Both the position numbers and the translations under genes were made by a program. Shown piece by piece: positions 49,482 to 59,411 of a stretch of 64,000 nt of DNA. Every line of letters begins with the position of its first letter. Within the stretch, counting starts at the first letter, position 1. This DNA comes from an uncultured Bacilli bacterium (GTDB lineage Bacteria; Bacillota_I; Bacilli_A; RF39; UBA660): positions 32,001 through 96,000 of the forward strand of contig CANQQV010000001.1 in NCBI GenBank assembly GCA_947626095.1. Reading direction: 5' to 3'. The notes under the pieces are model-generated. The model did not search any database. It was not told the origin of the DNA and worked only from the letters and a program-made list of their open reading frames with translations.

Positions 49482-50195
49482 ATGGCCACTGCACATATAG
49501 AAAGTAACAAAGAGGACATAGCTAAAGTTGTCTTAATGCCTGGTGATCCACTAAGAGCCAAATACATTGCTGAAAAATATTTACAAAACGTTAAACAAGT
49601 TAATAAAGTAAGAAATATTTTTGCTTATACTGGTACATACAAAGGAAGAAAAATAACTGTCTTCTCATCAGGTATGGGTAATCCTAGCATGGGTATTTAT
49701 TCCTACGAATTATTTAAATATTATGATGTCGACTATATAATACGTATCGGAACAGCTGGTGCTTATACTAAAGAATTAAAACTTATGGATTTATTAGTCG
49801 TCACAAATTGCTATTCTGAATCATCATATGCTAAAGAATTATATAATGGACAAAGTTCAGTTGCTACTGCTTCTAATGCTGTAGTTCAAACAATCAAAGA
49901 AACAGCTTATGCCCAAGAAAAAATATTAAAATATGGTCGAGTTCACTGTTCTGATGCCTTCTATAGTGATAATACTGATATTAGAAAACTTAACGAAGAA
50001 TATGGTTGTCTAGCCGTCGAAATGGAAACATTCGCCCTATTTAACAATGCCAAATTATTAAAAAAAGATGCTGGCTGTATTTTAACTGTCTCTAATAGTC
50101 TAATCACTAATGAAGAAACAACTAGTGAACAACGAGAAAAAGGTTTAGACGATATGATCACCTTAGCCTTAGAAAGTGGTATCAGATTATTATGA
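49482..50195 (+). CDS. deoD: Purine nucleoside phosphorylase DeoD
   Basis: VLMPGDPLRAKYIAE, GMGNPSMGIYSYEL, IRIGTAG, VEMETFALF, LTVS. Confidence 0.95.
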   Translation: MATAHIESNKEDIAKVVLMPGDPLRAKYIAEKYLQNVKQVNKVRNIFAYTGTYKGRKITVFSSGMGNPSMGIYSYELFKYYDVDYIIRIGTAGAYTKELKLMDLLVVTNCYSESSYAKELYNGQSSVATASNAVVQTIKETAYAQEKILKYGRVHCSDAFYSDNTDIRKLNEEYGCLAVEMETFALFNNAKLLKKDAGCILTVSNSLITNEETTSEQREKGLDDMITLALESGIRLL

Positions 50196-51166
50196 GTATT
50201 AATTTTAAAACTATACCTAAAGTTGAACTACACTTACATTTAGATGGCTCAGTACCACTAGAGCTATTATCTAATTATATAAATAAGGACGCTTCATCTA
50301 TCGCTCAAGCTCCAGATAAATGTCAGAATTTAGCTGACTACTTAACTAAATTTGATTTACCAATCGACTATTTAAAACATAAAGTCAATTTAAAGGATGC
50401 ATCCTATCAACTAAGTAAAGATTTAGAAAATGACGGCGTTATCTACGCTGAAGTCAGATACGCTCCTAATCTTTTATTAAGTAGTGAACTAGATTTAAAT
50501 GAAACTATTAAAACTATTCTTGAAGGTTTTAGTCTTGGCAATGTCAAAATAAATCTTATCCTTTGTATGATGCGTCATCACTCATATGAAGAAAACCTTG
50601 AAGTAATCAATGTAGCTGAAAAATATCTAAATAAAGGTGTATGTGCCATTGATTTAGCTGGTGATGAAGAACATTTCCCAACTAGTAATTTCGAAGAACT
50701 ATTTAAAATAGCTCAAGAAAAACATATTCCTTATACTATTCATGCTGGAGAAGTAAATTTAAAAGATAGTTTAGCAAGTGCAATAAGCTTTAAAACAACC
50801 AGACTAGGACATGGCATTCAAGCTATTAACTATCCTGATCTTCTAGCGCAAATTATAGATAAAAAAATATTATTAGAAATCTGTCCAACTAGCAATATTC
50901 AAACTAATGTTATTGATACTTACGATAAGCATCCTATTAAACAATTAGATGAACAAGGTGCCTTAATATCTATTAGTACTGATAATCGTACTGTCTCTAA
51001 TATTACATTATCAGATGAATACGCTAAACTAAATAAATATTTTAATTATACTATTCAAGATTTCTGTCGTTTTAATCTTAATGCCATCAACAGTTCTTTC
51101 TTATCAAATAAAGAAAAACAAGAACTTACTAATATTATTTTAGAATACATGAATAAAAGTATCTAA
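50192..51166 (+). CDS. add: Adenosine deaminase
   Basis: PKVELHLHLDGS, YAEVRYAP, DLAGDE, TIHAGE, RLGHG, LEICPTSN, STDN. Confidence 0.93.
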   Translation: MSINFKTIPKVELHLHLDGSVPLELLSNYINKDASSIAQAPDKCQNLADYLTKFDLPIDYLKHKVNLKDASYQLSKDLENDGVIYAEVRYAPNLLLSSELDLNETIKTILEGFSLGNVKINLILCMMRHHSYEENLEVINVAEKYLNKGVCAIDLAGDEEHFPTSNFEELFKIAQEKHIPYTIHAGEVNLKDSLASAISFKTTRLGHGIQAINYPDLLAQIIDKKILLEICPTSNIQTNVIDTYDKHPIKQLDEQGALISISTDNRTVSNITLSDEYAKLNKYFNYTIQDFCRFNLNAINSSFLSNKEKQELTNIILEYMNKSI

Positions 51167-51192
51167 TCAGATACTTTTTTTAGTTGTAACAT

Positions 51193-51221
51193 TTTACATT
51201 AAAACAAATGTTTGATATAAT
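51193..51221 (+). promoter_or_regulatory. SigA-type promoter of the small toxin-like gene
   Basis: TTTACA (51193-51198) - 17 bp - TATAAT (51216-51221) with extended -10 TG. Confidence 0.65.
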
Positions 51222-51291
51222 TGCTTTTGGAATACTTAGTTAATTTAGGTACTATTCTCCTTTACTTTTTAAAGTGAAAGGAGGTGCAGTT

Positions 51292-51384
51292 ATGAGAAAA
51301 TCAGAGAGATATCTTTGTACTATCATAATACTCCTTATTATTGTGATTTTAATCATACTAATAAAAATAGTACCAACTATATAA
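51292..51384 (+). CDS. 30-aa hydrophobic single-TM peptide, candidate type I toxin
   Basis: AAGGAGGT RBS; MRKSERYLCTIIILLIIVILIILIKIVPTI*; RBS base-paired with upstream CTCCTTTACTTT. Confidence 0.7.
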   Translation: MRKSERYLCTIIILLIIVILIILIKIVPTI

Positions 51385-51468
51385 GTCGGTACTAAAGCCA
51401 AAATATGGAATAGTATCTAGCTCTTCAAAACTAGGTATTCATTTTTATTATATTCAAGTTTCCTTGAC
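51362..51468 (-). ncRNA. Candidate antisense antitoxin RNA (about 105 nt)
   Basis: Minus-strand promoter TTGATA (51503-51498) - 17 bp - TATTAT (51480-51475) with TG; terminator TAGTACCGACT-TATAT-AGTTGGTACTA-TTTTT, fully paired only on the minus strand (G-U); overlaps the peptide gene 3' end. Confidence 0.55.
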
Positions 51469-51548
51469 AAATTCATAATATCATAAAAACTACTCTTTAT
51501 CAAGCCGCTATCTATCTTTACTCGTCTACCACGAGTTTAAAATTCTAA

Positions 51549-51623
51549 TGGTGCCGACTACCGGATTTGAACCAGTGACCTACGCGTTACGAGGGCGTTG
51601 CACTACCACTGTGCTAAGTCGGC
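51549..51623 (-). tRNA. tRNA-Thr (CGT)
   Basis: GCCGACTTAGCACAGTGGTAGTGCAACGCCCTCGTAACGCGTAGGTCACTGGTTCAAATCCGGTAGTCGGCACCA; anticodon CGT, encoded CCA. Confidence 0.95.
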
Positions 51624-51713
51624 CTAAGTAAATTATACACATTTTTTAAGAAAATAGAAATATTTTAGAAAAAATTTTTTGATTAATGGTATAATACATT
51701 TAGAATAAAGGAG

Positions 51714-52748
51714 TTGTCTATGATGAATTGTGTTTCTTTAAAAGGTCTTAAACAATTTGAAGTAAAAAAAATAAACGAACCAAAATCTGTTAATGGTTCA
51801 GTTGTTATTGATGTTAAAAAATCCGGTATTTGTGGTTCAGATATTCACTATTGGGTAGCAGGTGCTCCCGAAGGTTTAGTAATGGGCCATGAATTTTGTG
51901 GTACAGTTATAAATCCTGGCAGTCGTGATGATATTAAAATAGGTGATCGTGTAACTGCTCTACCTATTTCACCTTGTGGTCATTGCCCAGCTTGTCTAAG
52001 TGGTAATCCTCAGTATTGCCCAGATACATGGACATATGCTGTCGGTTTATCTCTAACTAATCCTGGGGCTTATGCTGAAAAAACATCTGTCCGCCCTGAT
52101 TTAGTTATTAAAGTCCCAAGTAATATTACTGATGCTGAAGGTGCCATGGTTGAACCAACTGCAGTTGGCTTACATGCCGTAAACCTAGCTGATATTAAAA
52201 TCGGTTCTAAAGTCTTAGTAATCGGTGCTGGTATCATTGGTGATATATGTGCTATGTTTGCTAAAATGAATGGTGCCTCTTATGTAGCTGTTAGTGAAAC
52301 CAACATTGCTCGTGGTGAAAAAGCCGTTAGCTTAAAATGTGCTGATGAATTCTTCAATGCTAAAGATCCTGAATTTATGACTAAAGCTCGTAAAAATTGT
52401 CCATATGGATACGACTATGTCTTTGATTGCTCAGGTAACTCAGCAGCTGTTAGTACAGCTTTAGCTATGGCTAAACCAAATGGTACAGTTGTTATGGTTG
52501 GTGTCTCAATGGATAGCATTACTATTCCATCAGTTCTAATCGTTATGCACGAATTAAAAGTATATGGTGCAATTGGTTATACAGTTGAAGAATTTAAAGA
52601 ATGCGTTGATTTAATGTCTACAAGAAAAATTGATATGTTAAAATTCGTTGATGACATTGTTGGTCTAGATGGTGTTCAACATGCTTATGAAAGATTAACA
52701 TCTGGTACTGATGATGCTATCAAAATCTTAATTGAACCACAAAAATAA
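51714..52748 (+). CDS. Zinc-dependent alcohol dehydrogenase (MDR family; butanediol/threonine/sorbitol dehydrogenase-like)
   Basis: GICGSD, GHEF, CGHCPAC..C structural Zn site, GAGIIG Rossmann motif. Confidence 0.9.
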   Translation: MSMMNCVSLKGLKQFEVKKINEPKSVNGSVVIDVKKSGICGSDIHYWVAGAPEGLVMGHEFCGTVINPGSRDDIKIGDRVTALPISPCGHCPACLSGNPQYCPDTWTYAVGLSLTNPGAYAEKTSVRPDLVIKVPSNITDAEGAMVEPTAVGLHAVNLADIKIGSKVLVIGAGIIGDICAMFAKMNGASYVAVSETNIARGEKAVSLKCADEFFNAKDPEFMTKARKNCPYGYDYVFDCSGNSAAVSTALAMAKPNGTVVMVGVSMDSITIPSVLIVMHELKVYGAIGYTVEEFKECVDLMSTRKIDMLKFVDDIVGLDGVQHAYERLTSGTDDAIKILIEPQK

Positions 52749-52824
52749 TGCTTAAAAAGCATTGTTTTTTAATTGTTTAAATAATATAAATAAGATATAA
52801 TTTTATTATTATAGGGTGGTTTAA

Positions 52825-53781
52825 ATGGAAAAAAATAAAGAAAAGTTAGAATATCAAAGAAAAAAATTTATGAATAGATATACTATCGAAAAATTAAAAA
52901 ACAATCCTGCCAAAAAAAGAGTAATAGCTATCATGTTAGATTTACAAGGTACTATTGACGATATGACTGATGAAACAACTCAAATATTTATGGAACAATT
53001 AACTAAACTAAAAACCAAATTTAACGTTCATCAAGTTTTATTAAATATCTCTACTCATACCGATCTACCATCACCTACTTTAGACAAATATATGTCTATT
53101 CTTGCTAACAATCTTAAACCTCATATTATTTTAGATGAGGCAACTTACTTATTCGGTACATATAACTTTTATACCAAAGAATGCAATCCCCTACCTAATC
53201 AGCAAAATAACTATAACAAAACTGAAGTTTTTGAATCGCGATACTTAGATAATCCTCAATACGATGTTATTTGGTTTGGACTAGTTGATGACTACTTAAA
53301 CCCCAATTACTTTCGTAAATTTCAAAACCATCGCTTAATGGCCGAGTTTATACCTTCCCTACATGATGAAAATAATAAAAAATATGATAACTTAATGAGT
53401 ATTAGTAGTTTAACTCCTGGTTTCTTAGGTGTTATTGAATGTTTCGCTACATATTTAAATTACATAAAGGACATGACATCTAATAGTATAGCTGAAACTC
53501 AAAAAGCTCTTATTCCTTATTTAAACGATTCTGATATCAAATTTCTAATCTACAACCATCGTTATCATGACATCATCAAATATCTAAAAAGCCATAAAAT
53601 AAATATCGAAGATTACCAAGTTATCATCCGTGAACTTCATTTAACTTTAGAAATACTTGAATTAACTAGTGAAGAATTATCATCAATTAAAGAAATATAT
53701 AAATTAGTAGTCCCTCATCTTAATCCAGATAATAAACACCTCCTAGCTCTCAAAAAATTAACTGAAACAATTCCTCTATAA
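52825..53781 (+). CDS. Hypothetical protein, possible degenerate HAD-like fold
   Basis: IMLDLQGTID (DxDGT-like), NIST, NKTE, LVDD in HAD-like order. Confidence 0.5.
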   Translation: MEKNKEKLEYQRKKFMNRYTIEKLKNNPAKKRVIAIMLDLQGTIDDMTDETTQIFMEQLTKLKTKFNVHQVLLNISTHTDLPSPTLDKYMSILANNLKPHIILDEATYLFGTYNFYTKECNPLPNQQNNYNKTEVFESRYLDNPQYDVIWFGLVDDYLNPNYFRKFQNHRLMAEFIPSLHDENNKKYDNLMSISSLTPGFLGVIECFATYLNYIKDMTSNSIAETQKALIPYLNDSDIKFLIYNHRYHDIIKYLKSHKINIEDYQVIIRELHLTLEILELTSEELSSIKEIYKLVVPHLNPDNKHLLALKKLTETIPL

Positions 53782-53799
53782 TTGTTTCTTTTTTATTAA

Positions 53800-55104
<1,305 letters not shown>

Positions 55105-55254
55105 TAAGGACTAGATAACTAGTCTTTTTTACTTGTTAATAAATAATAAGTTGTAAACAACTAGAATAAAATGTTATAATCAAGTCTGTATTTACTAGAA
55201 GTTTTTAACTTTTTATGTTAATCTAACTAATTAGAGATTCATGGGGGTGAAAAA

Positions 55255-57096
55255 ATGAAGCAGCTAGATAAAATAAATAATTTAAATGATCTAAAAAAAT
55301 TAGATTTAACTGCCAAAAAAGAACTAGCTAACGAAATAAGAGAATTCTTAATTGAAAAAGTTTCCCAAAATGGTGGTCATCTAGCTTCTAATTTAGGTAT
55401 CGTTGAACTAACGGTAAGCCTTTGTGATGTCTTTGACTTTAATGAAGATAAAATTGTCTTTGATGTGGGTCATCAAAGTTATGTCTATAAAATATTAACT
55501 GGTCGTAAAGACAAATTTGATACATTACGAAAATATAAAGGTTTAAGAGGATTCCCATATAAAAAGGAAAGTCCTTATGATTACTTTGAAACTGGCCATA
55601 GTAGTACATCTATTAGTGCTACTATTGGTATGGCTAGAGCTCGTGACTTACAACATAAAGATTATAATATTATAGCTGTCATTGGTGATGGTGCTATTGC
55701 TAGTGGCATGGCTTTTGAAGCTATTAACGATATTGGTTACAATAAAACAAAATTAATTATTATTTTAAATGATAACGGTATGAGTATATCTTCTAATGTC
55801 GGTGGTTTATCAAGTTATTTAAGCCGATTAAGTTTAAATGAACGTTATATAAAACTTAAAAATAAAATTAAATACTGCTTAGACGATACAAAAATAGGTA
55901 CAATTTCCTTTAATTTATTATCACGTATTAAAGATGGTATTAGAAAAACTCTAGTTCCTTCTAAATACTTTGAAGATATGGGCTTAACTTATATTGGTCC
56001 TATTGATGGTCATAATATTAAAGAAATAGAAAAAGTTTTAAAAAGAGCTAAAAAGATTGATGGCCCAGTTATTATTCATACCGTTACCAAAAAAGGTAAA
56101 GGCTATCAATTTGCCGAAGAAAACCCAGAAAAATATCACGGAGTATCATCATTCAATAAAGAATATGGTGTTTTATCAAGTGGTAAAAAAACATATTCAG
56201 CAGCTTTTGGTCGTGCCTTAACTACAATTGCTTCCCACAATAAAAAAGTTGTCGCTATCACTGCCGCTATGCAAGATGGTGTTGGCTTAGAGAAATTCGC
56301 TAAGAAATATCCTGACCGTTACTTTGACGTCGGCATTTCTGAAGAACATGCTGTTACTCTTGCTGCTGGTATGTCAGTATCAAATATCAAACCAGTCTTT
56401 GCTGTCTACTCTACTTTTTTACAACGTGGTTTCGACCAAATTGTACATGATGTTTGTATGCAAAATTCACCAGTTGTTTTTGCTATTGATCGTGCAGGTC
56501 TTGTTGGTAGTGATGGCGAAACTCACCAAGGTATTTTAGATCTATCATATTTATCTATCATCCCTAACATGACTATCATCTCCCCTAAATGTATATCAGA
56601 ATTAGAAATACTTTTAAAATGGGCAGTCAAACAAAAATTTCCTATAGCTCTTCGTTATCCGCGTGGTGGCGACTACTTAGAAATGAAACCATTAAAAGAA
56701 ATCAAATATGGTAAATGGGAATATATTACTAAAGGTCGTAACTTAACTATTATTGCCACAGGTAAAATGGTCCAAAAAGCCTGTCAAATAATCTCTGAAT
56801 ATGATTTAGATATAACCCTTATAAATGCCACTTTTATTAAACCATTAGATATCGATGCTTTAAAAAAGATTGTCAAAGATAATGACAACGTTTTAACATT
56901 AGAAGATAACCTTATTAATGGTGGTCTAGGTCATAACATTTTACTAGCTTTAAATAATCTTAATTACCAAGGTCAAATTAAAATATTAGGTTTTAATGAT
57001 AAATTCATTGAACAAGGCAGTATCGAAGAACTATATACTCAAGAGCAATTAGATAATCCTTCTATTAAAGAAGAAATAGATAAACTATTAAAATAG
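55255..57096 (+). CDS. dxs: 1-deoxy-D-xylulose-5-phosphate synthase
   Basis: GGHLASNLG, FDVGHQ, GHSSTSISA, GDGA, NDNGMSI, FDVGISEEHAV, DRAGLVGSDGETHQG, RYPRG. Confidence 0.97.
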   Translation: MKQLDKINNLNDLKKLDLTAKKELANEIREFLIEKVSQNGGHLASNLGIVELTVSLCDVFDFNEDKIVFDVGHQSYVYKILTGRKDKFDTLRKYKGLRGFPYKKESPYDYFETGHSSTSISATIGMARARDLQHKDYNIIAVIGDGAIASGMAFEAINDIGYNKTKLIIILNDNGMSISSNVGGLSSYLSRLSLNERYIKLKNKIKYCLDDTKIGTISFNLLSRIKDGIRKTLVPSKYFEDMGLTYIGPIDGHNIKEIEKVLKRAKKIDGPVIIHTVTKKGKGYQFAEENPEKYHGVSSFNKEYGVLSSGKKTYSAAFGRALTTIASHNKKVVAITAAMQDGVGLEKFAKKYPDRYFDVGISEEHAVTLAAGMSVSNIKPVFAVYSTFLQRGFDQIVHDVCMQNSPVVFAIDRAGLVGSDGETHQGILDLSYLSIIPNMTIISPKCISELEILLKWAVKQKFPIALRYPRGGDYLEMKPLKEIKYGKWEYITKGRNLTIIATGKMVQKACQIISEYDLDITLINATFIKPLDIDALKKIVKDNDNVLTLEDNLINGGLGHNILLALNNLNYQGQIKILGFNDKFIEQGSIEELYTQEQLDNPSIKEEIDKLLK

Positions 57097-57173
57097 GAAC
57101 TTATTGTCAAGATAAGTCCTTTTTTAATGAAATTAATTCTCTAATTAGCTATAATTACATTATAGGTGAAAAT

Positions 57174-57809
57174 ATGAAAAATAAAGTTGAACGAAAATTA
57201 AAAGATGATGGTACATATGTAGAAATAAAAACAACTACTATCACTCCAGAAGATGGTTTCATACCAAACGAAAATAATCCCAAAAACTATATGAAAGGTT
57301 ATAAAACAAATAAAACTATCGAAACCAGTGATCCACGAATTGTTAAACCATTCTTATATGGTATGTGTACTATCTTTTATATTATTGGTATTATATTAAT
57401 AATCTTCAAATTTTATCTTATGGGAATATATTTCTTTATCATTAATACTATTACTTTAATTTCTATGTTAAAAGACATAAAAAAGAATGAAAGAGAACTA
57501 CTACAAAACCCAACTTATAATCCTAATGATAAAGAAGTATTAAAAGAATTTAATCAAACTATCAAAAACGAAATGAAAGAAGTTTCAACTACTACTTTTA
57601 CTAAAGAAAACTTTAAATGGTTTGTTAAAACCTCTATCCCCTTCTATGTCATTATAACTTTAATTACCAGCATCATAATAAGTATTGTTGTAGGTGTTAT
57701 ATCATCATCCATTCTTTATGGTATATTAACTTTCTTTGGCTTAATAATTCTCTTTATTATCATTGCTATTATTTATTTTGCTTTAGTATCTTTGCTATTT
57801 AAACATTAA
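57174..57809 (+). CDS. Hypothetical membrane protein
   Basis: Four predicted TM segments; AGGTGA RBS. Confidence 0.7.
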   Translation: MKNKVERKLKDDGTYVEIKTTTITPEDGFIPNENNPKNYMKGYKTNKTIETSDPRIVKPFLYGMCTIFYIIGIILIIFKFYLMGIYFFIINTITLISMLKDIKKNERELLQNPTYNPNDKEVLKEFNQTIKNEMKEVSTTTFTKENFKWFVKTSIPFYVIITLITSIIISIVVGVISSSILYGILTFFGLIILFIIIAIIYFALVSLLFKH

Positions 57810-57840
57810 TAAAACTTGAGTATTTAAACTCAAGTTTTTT
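57810..57840. terminator. Bidirectional intrinsic terminator
   Basis: AAAACTTGAGT-ATTTAA-ACTCAAGTTTT. Confidence 0.7.
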
Positions 57841-58141
57841 ATTCATCAACTACTACTTGGTATTCATCTTTATATATAATATTATTAACTTCCATATATA
57901 CTTTAATTTTAATTAAATCTTTATCTAAGTATTTATTTATAATAGGTAACGTCTTATCTCTAAAGTATTCATAACCCTTCTCCGTAAAATAAGATCTATT
58001 ATTACTAGCATAAGAAGGCGGTTTAGGCAACCAAGTAAATTCTTGTTTATTTAATAGTTCTAACCAAACATCTTTACCTACCATCTTTTTTAATTCATTA
58101 TATATTCCTTTATTATTATAAGTAACACGATAAAAACTCAT
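57839..58141 (-). CDS. Small hypothetical protein
   Basis: 100 aa; WLPKP, SYFTEKGY, YKDEYQVVV; follows the 58146 gene in the operon. Confidence 0.7.
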   Translation of the reverse strand: MSFYRVTYNNKGIYNELKKMVGKDVWLELLNKQEFTWLPKPPSYASNNRSYFTEKGYEYFRDKTLPIINKYLDKDLIKIKVYMEVNNIIYKDEYQVVVDE

Positions 58142-58145
58142 CTAA

Positions 58146-59393
58146 TCAACCTTTTAAAAAATTTTGTACATTAATATTTAAGTCTTTCGCATAACTAGAA
58201 TAATTACCCACATACTTAGCACTATTAATTATTTCAGCAACCTTACTAAGTACCGTTACATCACGAATACTTCCTTTGAAAATAATAGTCGTATGCATTG
58301 TAAATTCTTGTTTACTAGGAATAGCACTGATTACAATATAACCAATATACTCTGAATCAGATACATCATACACTAACATATCAACTCCTGAGTAATATGT
58401 ACTACGGAAATTTGTTAAAGTAACTCCTTCTTGATTATATGAACTAGGATCTTGTAAAAGTTGTGTTTTAACAGATTGATAAGGACTTTCAATAGGTGTC
58501 AATAAAACAGCATATGAACTATCTGATGGTGTAACAATTAATCCTTCCGTACTTTCAGTATAATTAAAACCATCTAATTTATCATAAGTAAATCCACTAT
58601 TAGTAATAGTACTAGTCTGATTATTATTATTGTTATTAGTATTGTTGTTATTATTGTTATTATTAATAGCTATATTATTATCTGAATCATCTTCATAATC
58701 ATTTGTATTCTTATATTTCTTTTCTTCTACTTTATTATCGTCTTTTGGTACAGATAAAACAACATAAGTAACTCCACCACCAATAGCTGCAATAAATAAA
58801 ATAATTACTAATATTAATAAAACAGGACTACTCTTTTTAGGAGTTTGATAAACTGGTTGACTATAATACTGTGCATTAGGTTGATTATAATACTGATTAT
58901 TCATAACATTATTTTGATAACCAGTATAAGGCTGTTGATAACCATTATTATAATTACCCATATTATTAACAGTTTGATTATTATTTACTGGATAAGTATT
59001 ATTAACAACATTCTGATTATAAACTTGCCCACTATTAGGATAAGTATTACTTAATGGTGTAGTACTAGCAACCTGAGTACTATCAGTATAAGTATTATTC
59101 ACTGGAGTAGTACTAGCAACTGGAGTATTACCAGCATAAGTATTATTCACTAGGGTAGTACTAGCAACTGGAGTATTACCAGCATAAGTATTATTCACTG
59201 GCATAGCACTAGCAACAGGAGTATTGTCAGCATAAGTATTATTCACTGGCGTAGTACTAGCAGCTGAAGTATTATCAGTATAAGTATTATTTACTGGATT
59301 GGTACTAGCAACTGGAGTATTATCAGTATAAGTATTATTTACTTGATTAGTACCATAATTCTGAGCATTATTTTGATTTTGTTCATTATTCAT
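58146..59393 (-). CDS. Single-TM protein with 16-aa tandem repeats in the N-terminal region
   Basis: VNNTYxxNTPVASTTP repeated six times, TM near aa 190-215, extracellular C-terminal domain. Confidence 0.75.
   Translation of the reverse strand: MNNEQNQNNAQNYGTNQVNNTYTDNTPVASTNPVNNTYTDNTSAASTTPVNNTYADNTPVASAMPVNNTYAGNTPVASTTLVNNTYAGNTPVASTTPVNNTYTDSTQVASTTPLSNTYPNSGQVYNQNVVNNTYPVNNNQTVNNMGNYNNGYQQPYTGYQNNVMNNQYYNQPNAQYYSQPVYQTPKKSSPVLLILVIILFIAAIGGGVTYVVLSVPKDDNKVEEKKYKNTNDYEDDSDNNIAINNNNNNNNTNNNNNNQTSTITNSGFTYDKLDGFNYTESTEGLIVTPSDSSYAVLLTPIESPYQSVKTQLLQDPSSYNQEGVTLTNFRSTYYSGVDMLVYDVSDSEYIGYIVISAIPSKQEFTMHTTIIFKGSIRDVTVLSKVAEIINSAKYVGNYSSYAKDLNINVQNFLKG
59055..59342 (-). repeat. Six imperfect 48-bp coding tandem repeats
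   Basis: Recurrent + strand unit containing TACTAGCAACTGGAGTATTA..AG.ATAAGTATTATT. Confidence 0.85.
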
Positions 59394-59411
59394 ATTACTT
59401 TCCTCCCTATA

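Noticed and set aside
51549-51623. C-C mismatch at the base of the tRNA-Thr(CGT) anticodon stem as a sign of a pseudo-tRNA
   Set aside because: The rest of the cloverleaf and the CCA end are intact, and a non-canonical 31-39 pair is common in Firmicute Thr(CGT) tRNAs
59055-59342. Possible CRISPR array
   Set aside because: Contiguous 48-bp in-frame coding repeats without unique spacers; no cas genes in the window
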